64,000 nt of DNA from Octopus vulgaris. Its lineage: Eukaryota. Under the pieces are notes generated by a model. The model saw only the letters and a list, made by a program, of their open reading frames with translations. It was not told the origin of the DNA and did not search any database. A program made the position numbers and the translations under genes. The stretch is taken from NCBI GenBank assembly GCA_951406725.2, contig OX597829.1, positions 23,684,001 through 23,748,000 on the forward strand, read 5' to 3'. Shown one piece after another: positions 1 through 12,560 of the stretch. Position 1 is the stretch's first letter. The number at the start of each line of letters is the position of its first letter.

Positions 1-332
1 AACATCATTTTTTATTCCATTTTAATGCATAATTTTTCGTGTGTCGATGGCGGCGGAGTTGGCGTCCATGGTCACACCTGCACCTGTTTGCTTCTCCCCC
101 TTCTTCCCTCCCTCGTGAAGCTGTGGGGAAGGGAGTGTAAGGAAATCAACGTCGTAAAGCGTTGTCAAGGAGACCAGCGTTCTTTTAGAACAACGACTTC
201 ATGGCTTGAAGACACCAAAACAGAAATGGCTAAGAAAGCCCGAATTGGCATCTATAAGGGAAGTAACTCTCTAAAAATGCTTATATAGTTATTTCCCTTA
301 CAAACCCGAGCAACGCCGGGCGATACTGCTAG
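1..332 (+). mobile_element. Non-autonomous Helitron, 3' part (family H1), truncated by the window start
   Basis: Ends CCCGAGCAACGCCGGG hairpin + CGATACTG-CTAG|T; near-identical to 61883-62395. Confidence 0.85.
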
Positions 333-384
333 TTTTTAATATTCCACTTACAGATTGTATGTATTTGTAAAGTGTTTGTTAGCT

Positions 385-774
385 ACTCTTTTTTTACTCT
401 TTTACTTGTTTCAGTCATTTGACTGCGGCCATGCTGGAGCACCACCTTTAGTCGAGCAAATCGACCCCAGGACGTATTCTTTGTAAGCCTAGTACTTATG
501 TTATCGGTTCTCTTTTGCCGAACCGCTAAGTGACGGGGACGTAAACACACCAGCATTGATTGTCAAGCGATGTTGGGGGGACAAACACATACATATATAT
601 ATATACATATACACGACGGGCTTCTTTCAGTTTCCGTCTATCAAATCCAATCACAAGGCTTTGGTCGGCCCGAGGCTATAGTAGAAGACACACCCAAGGT
701 GCTACGCAGTGGGAATGAATCCGGAACCATGAGGTTGGTAAGCAAGCTACTTACCACACAGCCACTCGTGCGCC
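385..774 (-). mobile_element. tRNA-derived SINE family A, full length
   Basis: Minus strand: tRNA-like head with A-box-like TGGCTGTGTGG and B-box-like GGATTCATTCCC, internal (TA) tract, tail GGTGCTCCAGCATGGCCGCAGTCAAATGACTGAAACAAG(TAAAAGAG)n; about 20 copies or fragments in the window. Confidence 0.9.
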
Positions 775-789
775 TATAAGCTAGTTTAT

Positions 790-2930
790 ATTTTTCTAAA
801 AACCTTAATTTTCTAGATTGTCATCTAGGCATGTACTAAGTGCACCAATTATTTTCTATAATCTGGATATAGAAACTGAAGGAATCGAAGTAGTTGTCTG
901 CAGTTATCCTCTTTCTCTTTGATTTTCAGAGACATTCACCTCAGCAGGGCAGCTGATCACTATGATGGTACATACTTTTCTTGTTTATTTGTAAGTTGTA
1001 GAAATTTGCAGTTTGTAGAAATTTTGACGGAAATTTCCACCAATATTCTTTGTGTTGATATTTCTTTGTGTATTCAGTAACAGGAGGATTCCTTATATTT
1101 ATTCCAGGTCAATCTTTTCCCCGATGACATTGTATACTCTTTTAGCAACATCATCATATTGCATTGGGAAGTTGTACCATGGTGATATTTTTCGGCAGAT
1201 GTTGATAACTGATGTAGCCAACATTTTCGGCTACATTTTGGGGTTCTAAAAGCTTCGTTGTCTTTTTATCTATTAGATATTCTGTAACGGCCTCCTCCTG
1301 GAAAAGCATAATCACTGAAATGTGATGTGATGTAGCAGTCACGTGTCTAAGAAAGGTTGCACTTCATGACGATATTAATGTCATGTTTTGTCTTTATGAA
1401 ACATATCCATGTATAACCTTTTTCCATATGTTGAGCATTTTACAGCTTTGAAGTATGTTAGAGGTATGTATGGGTGGTTATGTAAATCTTGTACATAATA
1501 TTTAGGCCAGCAATATTCTTTCTGCCAACTCTGTTGGTGCTGTAGCAAACCAATTGGGTATGTCAATGTGGCCTCCCATAGTTCTTTTAAATATACATAT
1601 TAATGAATTTCAGTAGAAACTCAACCTTTTGTACCAGTATCCAACTACTCAGCCTGTTCCAAATTCCTCCCCATTAAGTAGTTTGCTTACAGCTACGGAG
1701 AAGTTTCGGGCGAGGGGATGAGTGCGTGTATTTTACTATCGATGTTTGTACGCTATTCTTTCGTAACTGTATTTAGCCACTTTCTTTTCATTCCAGATTT
1801 TAGACCAAAATGATTTAAGATTTTTAGAAGAGCTTTCTTAACAATAATATTTTCTTCCTCACCTTGCGATGTAATGCTTGTGATTTAGAAGCAAACTTGT
1901 GATTTATACTGTCTCTCAGTTATTATTTTACGATAACGAAGTTTTTCGCTCTGCGTCAACGATAATGAAGTTTTTCGCTTAGCATCTACGATAATAAAGT
2001 TTTTCGCTCGTGCTTTAAAGTAATTAGTTTTCTCTAAAGAACTTAGCGTGAAGAGTCGCCATAGAGTTTTCTCACTTTTTGGATAAGATGTAAACTCATT
2101 ATTTTCCTTACATCTTATTATTGTGGTTAACCATCCAACATGGCGGCGCAGATTGTTGATGTTTTCTTTTTCCATCTTAGTTCTTCCGTTTAGTAATTTC
2201 ATTACCTTGGATACTGCTGGTTTCTCTTAAGTGTTATTTATGAATAACACCAGCTACGTATAGGAAAATATTAATTGTCCGGCAAGGAATCAGATAATTC
2301 CATGTGCTCTCCAGCAATGTCAATAACTCTTAACATGAGAGTAGTTGGTTGTCTCTTTTATCTTGTTGAGAATGGCCTGTTGCTCAACGAGAGCTTAGGA
2401 AAACTGGAAAACATTTTTACGAACTGTAGTTTCAACATCTTGAGTCTCTGTCGAATCAGTTACATGTGGAGATATACAGGAATTTAATGAGAGCAGAAAT
2501 GGTTTGTTTACATTAATTTCGATCTCTCTGTGTTTTGAAAAGATCGATTAGCATTTCGAGAATTGGAATAACTATTGCTATATGCAACAGACATTTGTTT
2601 TAAATGTTAAAAAGATGTTTGGTATTGAAGTTATTTTGCCCTAAAATAACTAAAGTTTGGGAGATCTTTGTTTCAGTATATTATTTTAGCCATCATTACG
2701 TACCTGATAGAAAGGTCATCTTAGGCTTTCTCATAATACCGAAGTAGATGTTGGATCAACTGAAGTGGGAAGAATACTTAGGTTGCCTTAAATAATATAA
2801 CAGTGTTGTACAGCTTGTGTTAGTGTTGTTATTAGTCTCAGCCATGATTGTGCTAGTGAAAGCCCATGTGGTGTAAGATATATTTTGTAATTCGGTCTGA
2901 ATAACGTTGTATTGGTAAGTAAAAGATATT
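790..2930 (-). pseudogene. Degenerate RLE-type (R4/Dong-like) non-LTR retrotransposon ORF
   Basis: Frame-broken motifs VVGYWYKRL, WKKVIHGY, FQEEAVT, DDVAKRVY, EYWWKFP, KVCTIIVISCP, IIGAL occur in the order expected for the R4 RT start and C-terminal RLE; RT core largely missing. Confidence 0.6.
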
Positions 2931-2974
2931 TCTAGCAGAAGAAATAAACTAGTTACTGATTTAGGTTTGACGAG

Positions 2975-3372
2975 AGATCTTTTCGGTTTGAACGGCAGTT
3001 TTTTCTAGCGGTGTCATATGAAATTGTCACCCATAATTATGACCCTAGTATCGATCTATTGCATTTCAATCTGTTTTAGGGTTAGGGTTAGGGTTAGGGG
3101 TGGGGGGAAGGGTATCTTTTTTTTCTTCAGAAATGTAAATAAACTCAATCTGTTTCTTAAACGAGGGACATATTCATACGGCACAGAATGTTTTTCAACT
3201 CAAAAGACGTCATTGATTGGTTGAAATTACATAAATTGAAGAAAAAACAACAACAAATATCTTACAAACTATAGAATTTTCTCAATAAAGCCAAGAGAAA
3301 AAGATATTTTATAAACACATTCTACCAGTATACGAAGTTTTTTAAAAACTGCCGTTCAAACCGAAAAGATCC
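2975..3372. mobile_element. MITE with ~28-bp TIRs and 8-bp TSD, Merlin-like
   Basis: TIR (G/A)GATCTTTTCGGTTTGAACGGCAGTTTTT at both ends; TTGACGAG at 2967-2974 and 3373-3380; internal (TTAGGG)4. Confidence 0.85.
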
Positions 3373-3460
3373 TTGACGAGTTGTCATAATTATTTAAAAA
3401 AAAGTTTAAAAAAGACTCTTTTAAACGGTCCTCTACACATCTCATGTTGATAGCGCTATT

Positions 3461-3600
3461 ATGTATGTATGTATGTATGTATGTATGTATGTATGTATGT
3501 ATGTATGTATGTATGTATGCATGGATACATGGATGATTGGATGCATGGATGCATGTATGTATGTATGTATGTATGTATGTATGTATGTATGCATGCATGC
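3461..3600. repeat. (ATGT)n microsatellite
   Basis: Directly visible. Confidence 0.95.
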
Positions 3601-3875
3601 ATACTGTATACTTCAATTAATGTGTGCATACACTTTTAATATGTACAATATGATGCAGTCACTCGTTTTTCTACATTGTTATTTTCTACAATAAATGCTT
3701 TACCCAATTTCACAAATCTTCTAAATGTATATGTTATTCAAAACTACTAGAATATATGTGTAATTACACACGGGAACATATAAATATGAAGCAAAATACA
3801 TATATATTCTTGTGTATGTGTATTTTGTTTCATATTTATAGTTGTTTTTTTATATTTTTATAATTGTACTTTATA

Positions 3876-4001
3876 ATCTCTGACAAGGCCTTGAGATATA
3901 TATATAAGTAACTCATTTTTAACTGCATATTATCTCAATACATCTGACTAATATAGGCAGAATGATATACCTTTATCTACAGACTGAAACAGCTGTAAGA
4001 T
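3876..4001 (+). ncRNA. Degenerate type I hammerhead ribozyme motif with expanded stem II, in a TA-flanked Penelope-like remnant
   Basis: ATCT-CTGACAA-(~100 nt)-GAAA-CAGCTG-TA-AGAT; stem I ATCT/AGAT, palindromic stem III ACAGCTGT; core has G8>A. Confidence 0.5.
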
Positions 4002-4178
4002 CCATTTTATGTGTATTATTTTTATGATATTATCTTACTTATTGATGTAAATTGTTTTATTTTGTCGGATTTGGATGTTCCTATTTATGTAGTTAATAAA
4101 TAATATGAACTGGTAATATCTGTAAGTCGATGATTGAAATGAATCTGTTCCTCCATTTTCTTATTTGTATTATATATA

Positions 4179-4250
<72 letters not shown>

Positions 4251-4313
4251 TATGTATATATATATGTATATATAATATATATGTATATGTATATGTATGT
4301 ATGTATGTATGTA

Positions 4314-4370
<57 letters not shown>

Positions 4371-4668
4371 ACTTTTGTCACTGTTAATCCTTTTGCACGC
4401 TGCTTTCAAACCGTAAAGTCATGTTTCCATGCGCTTGCCAGAACCTCTTCCGTCCCAGCCAGAACAAAGACTTTTTCGTTTGTTTTCTTGTTTATTTTGA
4501 ATTCTCGTATTGTATTTTATTTCTCGCTTTGTATTTTCTTGTACATGTATTTTTATCTTGTATTTTATTGTGCAGTTTTATTGTTACGTCCTGTTTGTGT
4601 TACATTTTTTTCGTGCTTGTTTTACCCCTCTGCGAGGTTATTTTATTTTAATTCTCTCGCAGGAAGGC

Positions 4669-4724
4669 CTAGTATTGACGAGTCGTGTCCTGTCTTGCCT
4701 TCGAAACACGCTTAAGTCTACTAG
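4669..4724 (+). ncRNA. Degenerate type I hammerhead ribozyme motif in TA-embedded element 4367-4890
   Basis: CTAGTA-TTGACGA-G..C-GAAAC..GTC-TACTAG; perfect 6-bp stem I, GUC cleavage triplet, C3>U. Confidence 0.55.
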
Positions 4725-5009
4725 CGACAGCTGATGATTGGGGATTTTCCTTGTGTAGCTTGTCCTGTACTTTGTTTTTCTGTTGTAAAAAAATGGCTTT
4801 TCCGTTTTCGTTTCTGTTGAGTTCTACGTCTTTTTGTGGTGTCCTGTACTTACGTATATATATTTATATATGCATGTATATATACATGTAGATGTAGGTA
4901 CGTACATATATATATATATATATAACCATCTTTCTTTCCTTCCCTGAGCATCTGCTAATACTTTACATGTATCACATGCTCGCGTTGTTGTTTTTTTTGT
5001 TTGTTGTTC

Positions 5010-5699
5010 TGTTGCCCTACGTTACTCATAAAGTAAATTTGGAGGAACTTTGCTTGTTCATCTGTGGGTAACAGGGAACCAATGAGATGATAGACTTGCC
5101 CTTGAACTTAGAATGTCGGCATAAATCCATGTTCAACTATATCCTTAGATGCACCAAACGAAGTCATTTCAAATATCTGATATTGTTCAGAAAATCCTTT
5201 GACTGGATGGAAGTGCCTTCCAGAAGATCTATAAGAGGTTGAGGAGGAGCTGGTAGTGCAGGCAATCTTAACTTTCTGCCTGAGCAGCACATGCCATTAG
5301 TTTCATTTGGAAATTTTAAAGCTTTGCAGAAACGACAATTTGAGTTTAGCACATCAATTTGTACAGAATAATCATTTTTATAAGAATGGGATGGGCCATT
5401 TCTGAATTTGCATGTGGTCTATTTCTGAGAGCTATTGTATTGGACCTCTGTCTAATTTGGCATGCGAAACGTTGTTCTAATGATTCAGCATTAAGTATTG
5501 CCGATTGCCTTAGCTGATCTTGGGAAAGTCTCATCTTCCTACTATCTTGAGACTCCATCTGACGTGCTGCAGCATGCCTTTGCTCATCTTGAGAAAGTCT
5601 TATCTCCCTTCTCTGTTGAGACTCTCGCCTTCGGTTTTCTGCAATTGTCCTCGCTTTATACGTGTTTGTGGAGAAATTACGTCCTTTCTTTAGCGGCAT
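5010..5699 (-). pseudogene. Helitron RepHel N-terminal fragment
   Basis: CRFCKALKFPNETNGMCCSGRKLRLP..PPQPL..LL, MTSFGA, F*VQGQVYHLIGSLLP..KFLQIYF are typical Helitron N-terminal motifs; frameshifts and a stop present. Confidence 0.9.
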
Positions 5700-6264
5700 A
5701 TTTTTTCGATATTGTAAACAAAAATCGTGAACAAAGAAAAAATATACTTTAATCTCTATTTTTGTAAGTTGTTGTATGTATATAGTATGTCTGCATTTTT
5801 GTATGCAGTGTAAATTAACGAAATATAAACAAATAAATGAAATAGAAGCGCATGTATGGAACTGCTAATTTAACAGTAAATGCCACAATGATTATTACAG
5901 AGCGACAAAGAATTTTATATTTTACCTTGCAACCTTGCAATTGCTGCGATGATTATTAACTGGTTAATGGAACTGTAAATGCGTATTGTTTTAAAGGAAA
6001 TGAAAATAAAATTTCGTATTGACACTGGCCAGCCCGCACTTCACGCATGTCAATCATCAGGTATGTATATGTAGATGTGTGTGTGTGTGTGTGTTTAAAA
6101 ACGTACCGTATATAGTATGTCTGTATTTTGTATGCAGCACAAATTAATCCCCCAAAATTACATGTTGACACTCCTGGGGACTCGTAGTATTACCATGTAA
6201 AATTTGATTTGATTTGGTTGAGCCGTTTGAGAATGCATTAGGAACAGACAGATACAAAGGATTT

Positions 6265-6283
6265 TCTATTATATAAAATCCGT

Positions 6284-6314
<31 letters not shown>

Positions 6315-6657
6315 TCTAGGATCTTGGGCATCCTCCATCCGATTGCGCTCAAATTTAATATGTAGATACCGACGGTATCAGGGCGTGTATAAGTCTTGAA
6401 AAAATTACAAAAATCGATTCTAGGTGAGAATGCGATCGATAAAGCCGTAGGAACGTGCATTTGTACGCGCAAGTACATCAGCTGTTGCGATCGATACTAC
6501 GCATACGCAAGGAAAATGCACATGCAGTTTGCGCAAAAAAGCTGGCTGGCTTGAAATAATGCCACAAAATGGGACGGTCGGAAAAGTTGTTTTGAGGAAA
6601 TTTGGTTTAAATGTTTGACAACTCAGCACCGTCCATTGGACGAGGGGCATTTTGCTC

Positions 6658-6658
<1 letters not shown>
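6265..6658 (+). mobile_element. Non-autonomous Helitron-like element (family H2)
   Basis: 5' TCTATTATATAAAA then (CTGT)n; 3' CGTCCATTGGACG hairpin followed by CTCG|T into (TA)n. Confidence 0.6.
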
Positions 6659-6742
<84 letters not shown>

Positions 6743-6965
6743 GGGTTTAGTTCACCAGTAATCTAAACGAATAGGTACGCTGAGCAAGTTCTGTAACTGG
6801 TCATCCGTTAGGTTCAAAGTTCACAGCTGAAGCTGGAGCTAGGGATCCGTATTAGGCTTCTGTGTTACCAGGTATATATTATACTAAGAGGAAAAGGACA
6901 ATAAAAACCAAGGCAGGACGAGTATCTCAAGTCATGTAGAATAATTTAATTAGTGTAAATTTGAA

Positions 6966-7041
6966 GTTTTACAGCTGTTTCTGAGATATCCCAAGGGATA
7001 GGATAACATGTCCGTTCACTGGGTGATCCGTCATCTGACAA
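6966..7041 (-). ncRNA. Degenerate hammerhead motif in TA-adjacent element 6739-7210
   Basis: Minus strand CAGATGA-(~50 nt)-GAAACAGCTGTAAAAC; same stem III as 3876-4001; U4>A, stem I imperfect. Confidence 0.4.
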
Positions 7042-7354
7042 GGTGAGTATGTATGAAAGTTCTAGATAGGGAAATTCACAGTTTATAAGGAATAAAATAG
7101 AAGAATAAAGAGTAAAGTAAATCGAAGAATACAAACCACTGTTGTTCCCGAAAGTTGTTTTTATACTTTCTAGAGACAGCTTGAAGCTTGCTAACTTTCT
7201 ACACCTGGACCTTGAATCTTACTTTTACATATCAGTATATACAAACAAACGAACAAACAAACATTCATACATACATACATACATATATACATACATACAT
7301 ACATACATACATACATACATACATTTACACACACATATATACACACAAATCCTC

Positions 7355-7881
7355 GTAACTTAGCGTTTCGGCAAAAGTGATCGATAGAATAAGTACTAGG
7401 CTAACAAAGAATAAGTCCTGGGATCGATTTGTTCGACTAAAGGCGGTGCTCCAGCATGGCTCCAGTCAAATGATTGAAACAAGTAAAAGAATGTGGTAAG
7501 TAGCTTGTTTACCAACCACATGGTTCCGGGTTCAGTCCTACTGCGTGGAACCATGGGCAAGTGTCTTCTACTATAGCCTCGTGCCGACCAATGCCTTGTG
7601 AGTGGATTTGGTAGACGGAAACTGAAAGAAGCCCGTTGTATGTATGTATATATATATGCGTGTGTGTGTGTTTCTGTGTTTGTCCCCCTAGCATTGCTTG
7701 ACAACCGATGCTGGTGTGTTTATGTCCCCGTTACTTAGCGGTTCGGCAAAAGAGACCGATAGAATAAGTACTGGGCTTACAAAGAATAAGTCCCGGGGTC
7801 GAGTTGCTCGATTAAAGGCGGTGCTCCATCATGGCCGCAGTCAAATGACTGAAACAAGTAAAAGAGTAAAAGAGTAAAGAG
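7355..7881 (+). mobile_element. SINE A: a 3' fragment followed by a near-complete copy
   Basis: Matches family A body and tail. Confidence 0.85.
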
Positions 7882-7941
<60 letters not shown>

Positions 7942-8460
7942 ACACTTGGAGATGGTCATCTTTTGCCAATTAAATATACGCGCTATTTATTTGATCTTCA
8001 CTTTATCTTTATGATTATTACTCTTAATTTTTTTTTGATCACTGTTCTTTCGTCACACGTACTATGACTGCTTCTATTCCATGGAATAGACAAGGCCAGA
8101 GAAAACACCTCGGACAGAACATCATTGGAGATTGATCCCCAAGTATAACAATATACTTGTAGTGAACCGTAAGCAAAAGATACGATTAGAGAAGTTATTG
8201 TCTACAATTAAGTGAACACCACATGTAGACGAACGCACACACGCATGCATGTATGTATGTATACATGCATAAACACCTGTTTTTGTTTCTGTTTCTGTCT
8301 ATCAAATCCTTTCATAAGGCTTTGACCAGCCTATAGTTATAGCAGTAGACGTGCAGTGGGACTGAACCGGATACCATATGGCTGGGAAGCGAACCTCTTA
8401 ACAATACAAATAATCGTCTAAACTATTGAAGTATACTAAACGTATAAAACTACTACAGTA

Positions 8461-8527
<67 letters not shown>

Positions 8528-8543
8528 TTGATAATGATGATGA

Positions 8544-8577
<34 letters not shown>

Positions 8578-8645
8578 GGTGGTGGTGGGTGGTGGTGGTG
8601 GTGGTGATGATGATGATGATGATGATGATAATAATAATATTAATA
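8461..8645. repeat. Compound (AAT)n(GAT)n(GGT)n(GAT)n(AAT)n microsatellite
   Basis: Directly visible. Confidence 0.95.
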
Positions 8646-8817
8646 ATATCTATGTATAATTAAAATGCAGTAAAACTTTATTTGTAATAAAAAATATTTT
8701 ATTTGGTAGTTACAAGCAGCTGCCAGGCCGTAACAAAAAATACGAAGCAGTTCGGTGGATGGCCATATTACAAACGGGACAATTTTTAAAAAAAATAATA
8801 TAAAACCACATTTAATA

Positions 8818-8876
<59 letters not shown>

Positions 8877-9245
8877 CCAAGAGAAGATGGAGACAAGATT
8901 AATAAAAATTTATTAATGCATTGATAAGACCTACATTTGTTTCAATTCATCACTTATAGTATAAAATCAATCAAATTTAATTTAATTAGATCGATTATGT
9001 TAATTATTATAAGCCAGAATATTATCATGGATGAACGTACAAAGAAATTTATATATATAATATTGAAAACAGTGAAAACATTAAATAAACAAACAGGAAA
9101 AATACAGGGTACCATTAAAATTAAAACATAATATTAAAGTAAATACAGTTATAAAAATAATAATTGTCTTAAATTAATATAAATAACAATAATGTTAATG
9201 CAGACATACCCATGCAAAAATACGATATATATATATATATATATC

Positions 9246-9790
9246 AACATCATTTAATGTTCGTGTTCTATGCTAGCATGGGTGGGACGGTACCACAAGA
9301 GCTGGCCAGGCGGAAGCTTGCACCAGACTTCTGTGACTGTTTTGGCTAGAATTTTACAGCTGGATGCCCTTCCTAACACCAACTACTTAGCAGAGTGGAC
9401 TTGGTGCGTTTTACATGGCACAAGCACAGGCGAAGTAAATAGTATTTTTTTTTTACCTGGCACAAGCACAGGTGAGGTTCATTTTTGTAAGGTTTTCACA
9501 TCTGGATGCCCTTCCGAACACCAACCACTTTACAGTGTGGACGGGGTGCTTTTAAGTGACACCTGCACTAACAGGGTCACAGAGTACTTGCGAGACAAAA
9601 TCTTCTAAGAGGGGAGGAGGCATTGGAGGAGGTGATGATGAAAAGGTTATTGTGAGACAGATATAGGTGTCTTGCTGTAGAGGAAGTACAAGGCTACCCA
9701 GCCAGAGAGAGAAAGATCAGGAATGAAGACAGAAACAGGTGTGCTACCGCAAAGAAAATACACAGTTGCCCAACCTGAGGAAAGTGCAGG
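9246..9790 (-). mobile_element. Family D retroposon ((GAT)n tail), old copy
   Basis: Shares GCTGGATGCCCTTCCTAAC.CCAAC and ATGCTAGCATGGG with 40146-41280 and 18993-19369. Confidence 0.65.
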
Positions 9791-9803
9791 AGAAGGAGAG
9801 AGA

Positions 9804-9904
<101 letters not shown>

Positions 9905-10257
9905 AAACCGCAGGATGGTGAGGGTGGAAAAATGCCAGGCACACTCGCCCTGTTTCTTTTCATCGCCATCTTGAATTTCAGCATCTTGTCATCATGATGC
10001 CAGCAGATTTTTTTCCCCCGTTTGTTACGATTTTATTCAACTTGCTTATCTTGGGAGCTTCACGTCCCATTTTTGCCACCATGCAACATCGTTGTTCACA
10101 GCAGCTACCGTAACTAGCTAATTTCAAAACCCTTTGTAGCAGTGTTTATTGTGAACCACCGTATCCACCACTGCAAGTCCAGCGTGCTACGACATTGCTT
10201 CGTGCCTACTGTTTGCATTTACTTACTGTATTTTATGAACTTACCGCATCGTTGATT

Positions 10258-11095
10258 TGTAAGGACCGTGCGATGTGAGGTGCAAGAATGGCTCTTTAGT
10301 ACATAACTCGGTCGATACAATAAATATAGATTGAATGGTACATATAAGTGCCAGAGGGGAAAAGGAGACACAACGGCGTAGAATGATTAAGAGAAGATTT
10401 ATTGATAAAATTACGTGGGTCTGTGCGTGCATCATGTATAAAGAATAATAAACAGGCTGTCATGAGAACATAGATGTATGTGTGCGTGTAAGCATAGATA
10501 TATGCGCGTGTTAAGAACATATAAGAATGGCAATGAAGACAACATCATATTAAGAAGTTCATAGACACAAGAAAGAGAATACCAGTTCGTAGTCAATTGT
10601 ACACGGTAGTTGAAATACTGTATCAAGAAGCCGTGGCCCTGATGCTGAGCCAGCTACTGGTAGAAGTCGTACGTGAAGTTGTGGCTGTGATGCTGCTGCC
10701 TGGGTCATTTCATACAGGAGTTCTTGCGGGTTGTATATTCTCTGTTAATCCATGGTGAAGTAATTCACGAACAGTGAAGTGTTAGAACCTGGGTGAATTG
10801 CTTGCTGTGGTGTGTACGTAGAGGGATGATGTTGATGACGTTAAGGACATGATGGTGGCGACGAAGAAGGAGGTTGCCGTAATGCTGTTGGACGAATTTG
10901 GTAAGTCTCAACGTGACTGCTGTGGTGTCGTCGCCGGAACCGGCTGTCTTGTGTGGTCAGTGGCTAGACCTTAAAAGGCCTGGCGTAATCGAGTAAGAGA
11001 CAAATTGCGCCAATACCAACCAACCAACCAACCAGATTAGTGGACACAACGGGATCCAAAGAGCGGCCAAAGGTTAGCTGTTACCTGCTACGTTA
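10258..11095 (-). mobile_element. LTR, 5'-truncated, related to the solo LTR at 25660-26593
   Basis: Shared blocks TATTGGCGCAATTTGTC and TTTTAAG.TCTAGCCACTGACCACA; minus strand ends in ..CCTTACA. Confidence 0.65.
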
Positions 11096-11105
11096 GAATG
11101 TACAC

Positions 11106-11213
<108 letters not shown>

Positions 11214-11442
11214 GTAAAAAAAATATATACAAACTGGGACAAGAACGTGAAACACCTAGAAGACGACACAAGAACCACAGGACGGGACATTCGAAGCCTT
11301 CAGTCATCAGTCAAGAACCGGATCATCTTCGCAATTTCGGCTGATTAATCTTGAGATTGCTCCGACCTGGGCAACCCCAAGGGAAATCTAAGCCAAGCGC
11401 ATTAGATCCCTTGGAAGAAAGCTTCGAATGTATACAACACAA

Positions 11443-11492
<50 letters not shown>

Positions 11493-11499
11493 AAAGGGG

Positions 11500-11930
11500 A
11501 AGAGGAATTTTACTCGAGTGTACGCGACAGATTCACTTTCTTTGGACTTTCTAAAAACTTGTATAATGAACACTTCACCACTGTATACAGGAATGACAAC
11601 CGAGTAAAACATTTTTGTAGAATGTTAGATGGACCGGCTTTTCTGCCTGTAGACAAAGTGGCCAGTGGGAGGGGTTATTTAATGGATAATGTACCTGATG
11701 TTCAAGGACTGAAAGATCTTGTGGATTATTTCAGTAGCACATATGTATTCAGCACTTATCATCACATCCAGCCATCAGCTCTTCTTGATGTAATAATTTC
11801 TCCAGTACGTATTAGAAATATTTCCCCCTTGTTTCTGCCGCAGTTGTGGAATGTCCACCAGGCAACCATTGATAATGATAGTCACACCAACAACCTATGC
11901 GAGAACTGGAATTTTTATTTCCATGAATAT
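11500..11930 (+). pseudogene. MULE/Mutator-like transposase C-terminal fragment
   Basis: FCRMLDGPAFLP..V, LVDYFSSTYV, PLFLPQLWNV, HTNNLCENWN match the MULE LAFLP / YFxxTY / FPPxxWN / RTNNxxEGWN pattern. Confidence 0.8.
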
Positions 11931-12114
11931 TCACTACCATTTGCAACACATACTTTCATTGCATCAGGAAAAGTACCAGACCTCTTATCAGGCCTCCAGA
12001 AATCCAGATATACTGTGCAATATAATTCAATATATACTGTATCCTGTGTTGAGTAAGCAAACCCTGTTTTCGATGTTGGTTAATTTGCATACAGTGGGTT
12101 AAGATAATTTTGTT

Positions 12115-12327
12115 CTCTTTTACTCTTTACTCTTTTACTTGTTTCAGTTATTTAACCGCGGCCATGCTGCAGCACCACGTTTAGTCGAGCAAATCGACCC
12201 CAGGACTTATTCTTTGGAAGCCTAGTACTTATTCTACCGGTATTTTTTGCCGAACCGCGAAGTTACGGGGATGTAAACACACCAGCATCGGTTGTCAAGC
12301 GATGTTGGGGGGACAAACACAGACACA

Positions 12328-12397
<70 letters not shown>

Positions 12398-12560
12398 CGA
12401 TGGGCTTCTTTCAGTTTCCGTCTACCAAATCCACTCACAAGGCTTTGGTCGGCCTGAGGCTATAGTAGAAGACACTTGCCCAAGGTTCCACGCAGTGGGA
12501 CTGAACCCGGAACCATGTGGTTCATAAGCAAGCTACTTACCACACAGCCACTCCTGTGCC
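12115..12560 (-). mobile_element. SINE A, full length
   Basis: Family A head to tail. Confidence 0.9.

Noticed and set aside
25-288. Repeated 87-aa ORF (also 62088, 20614) as a gene family
   Set aside because: Internal to the non-autonomous Helitron H1; recurrence reflects transposition
3076-3099. Telomere or chromosome-fusion scar
   Set aside because: Only four units, inside a TIR element
11281-11435. CTGATGA (minus strand) and HDV-like words CTGGGCAAC..CGAATG in a TA-embedded element
   Set aside because: Could not build hammerhead stems or the HDV double pseudoknot; probably another PLE-type terminal fragment (similar piece at 49325-49445)
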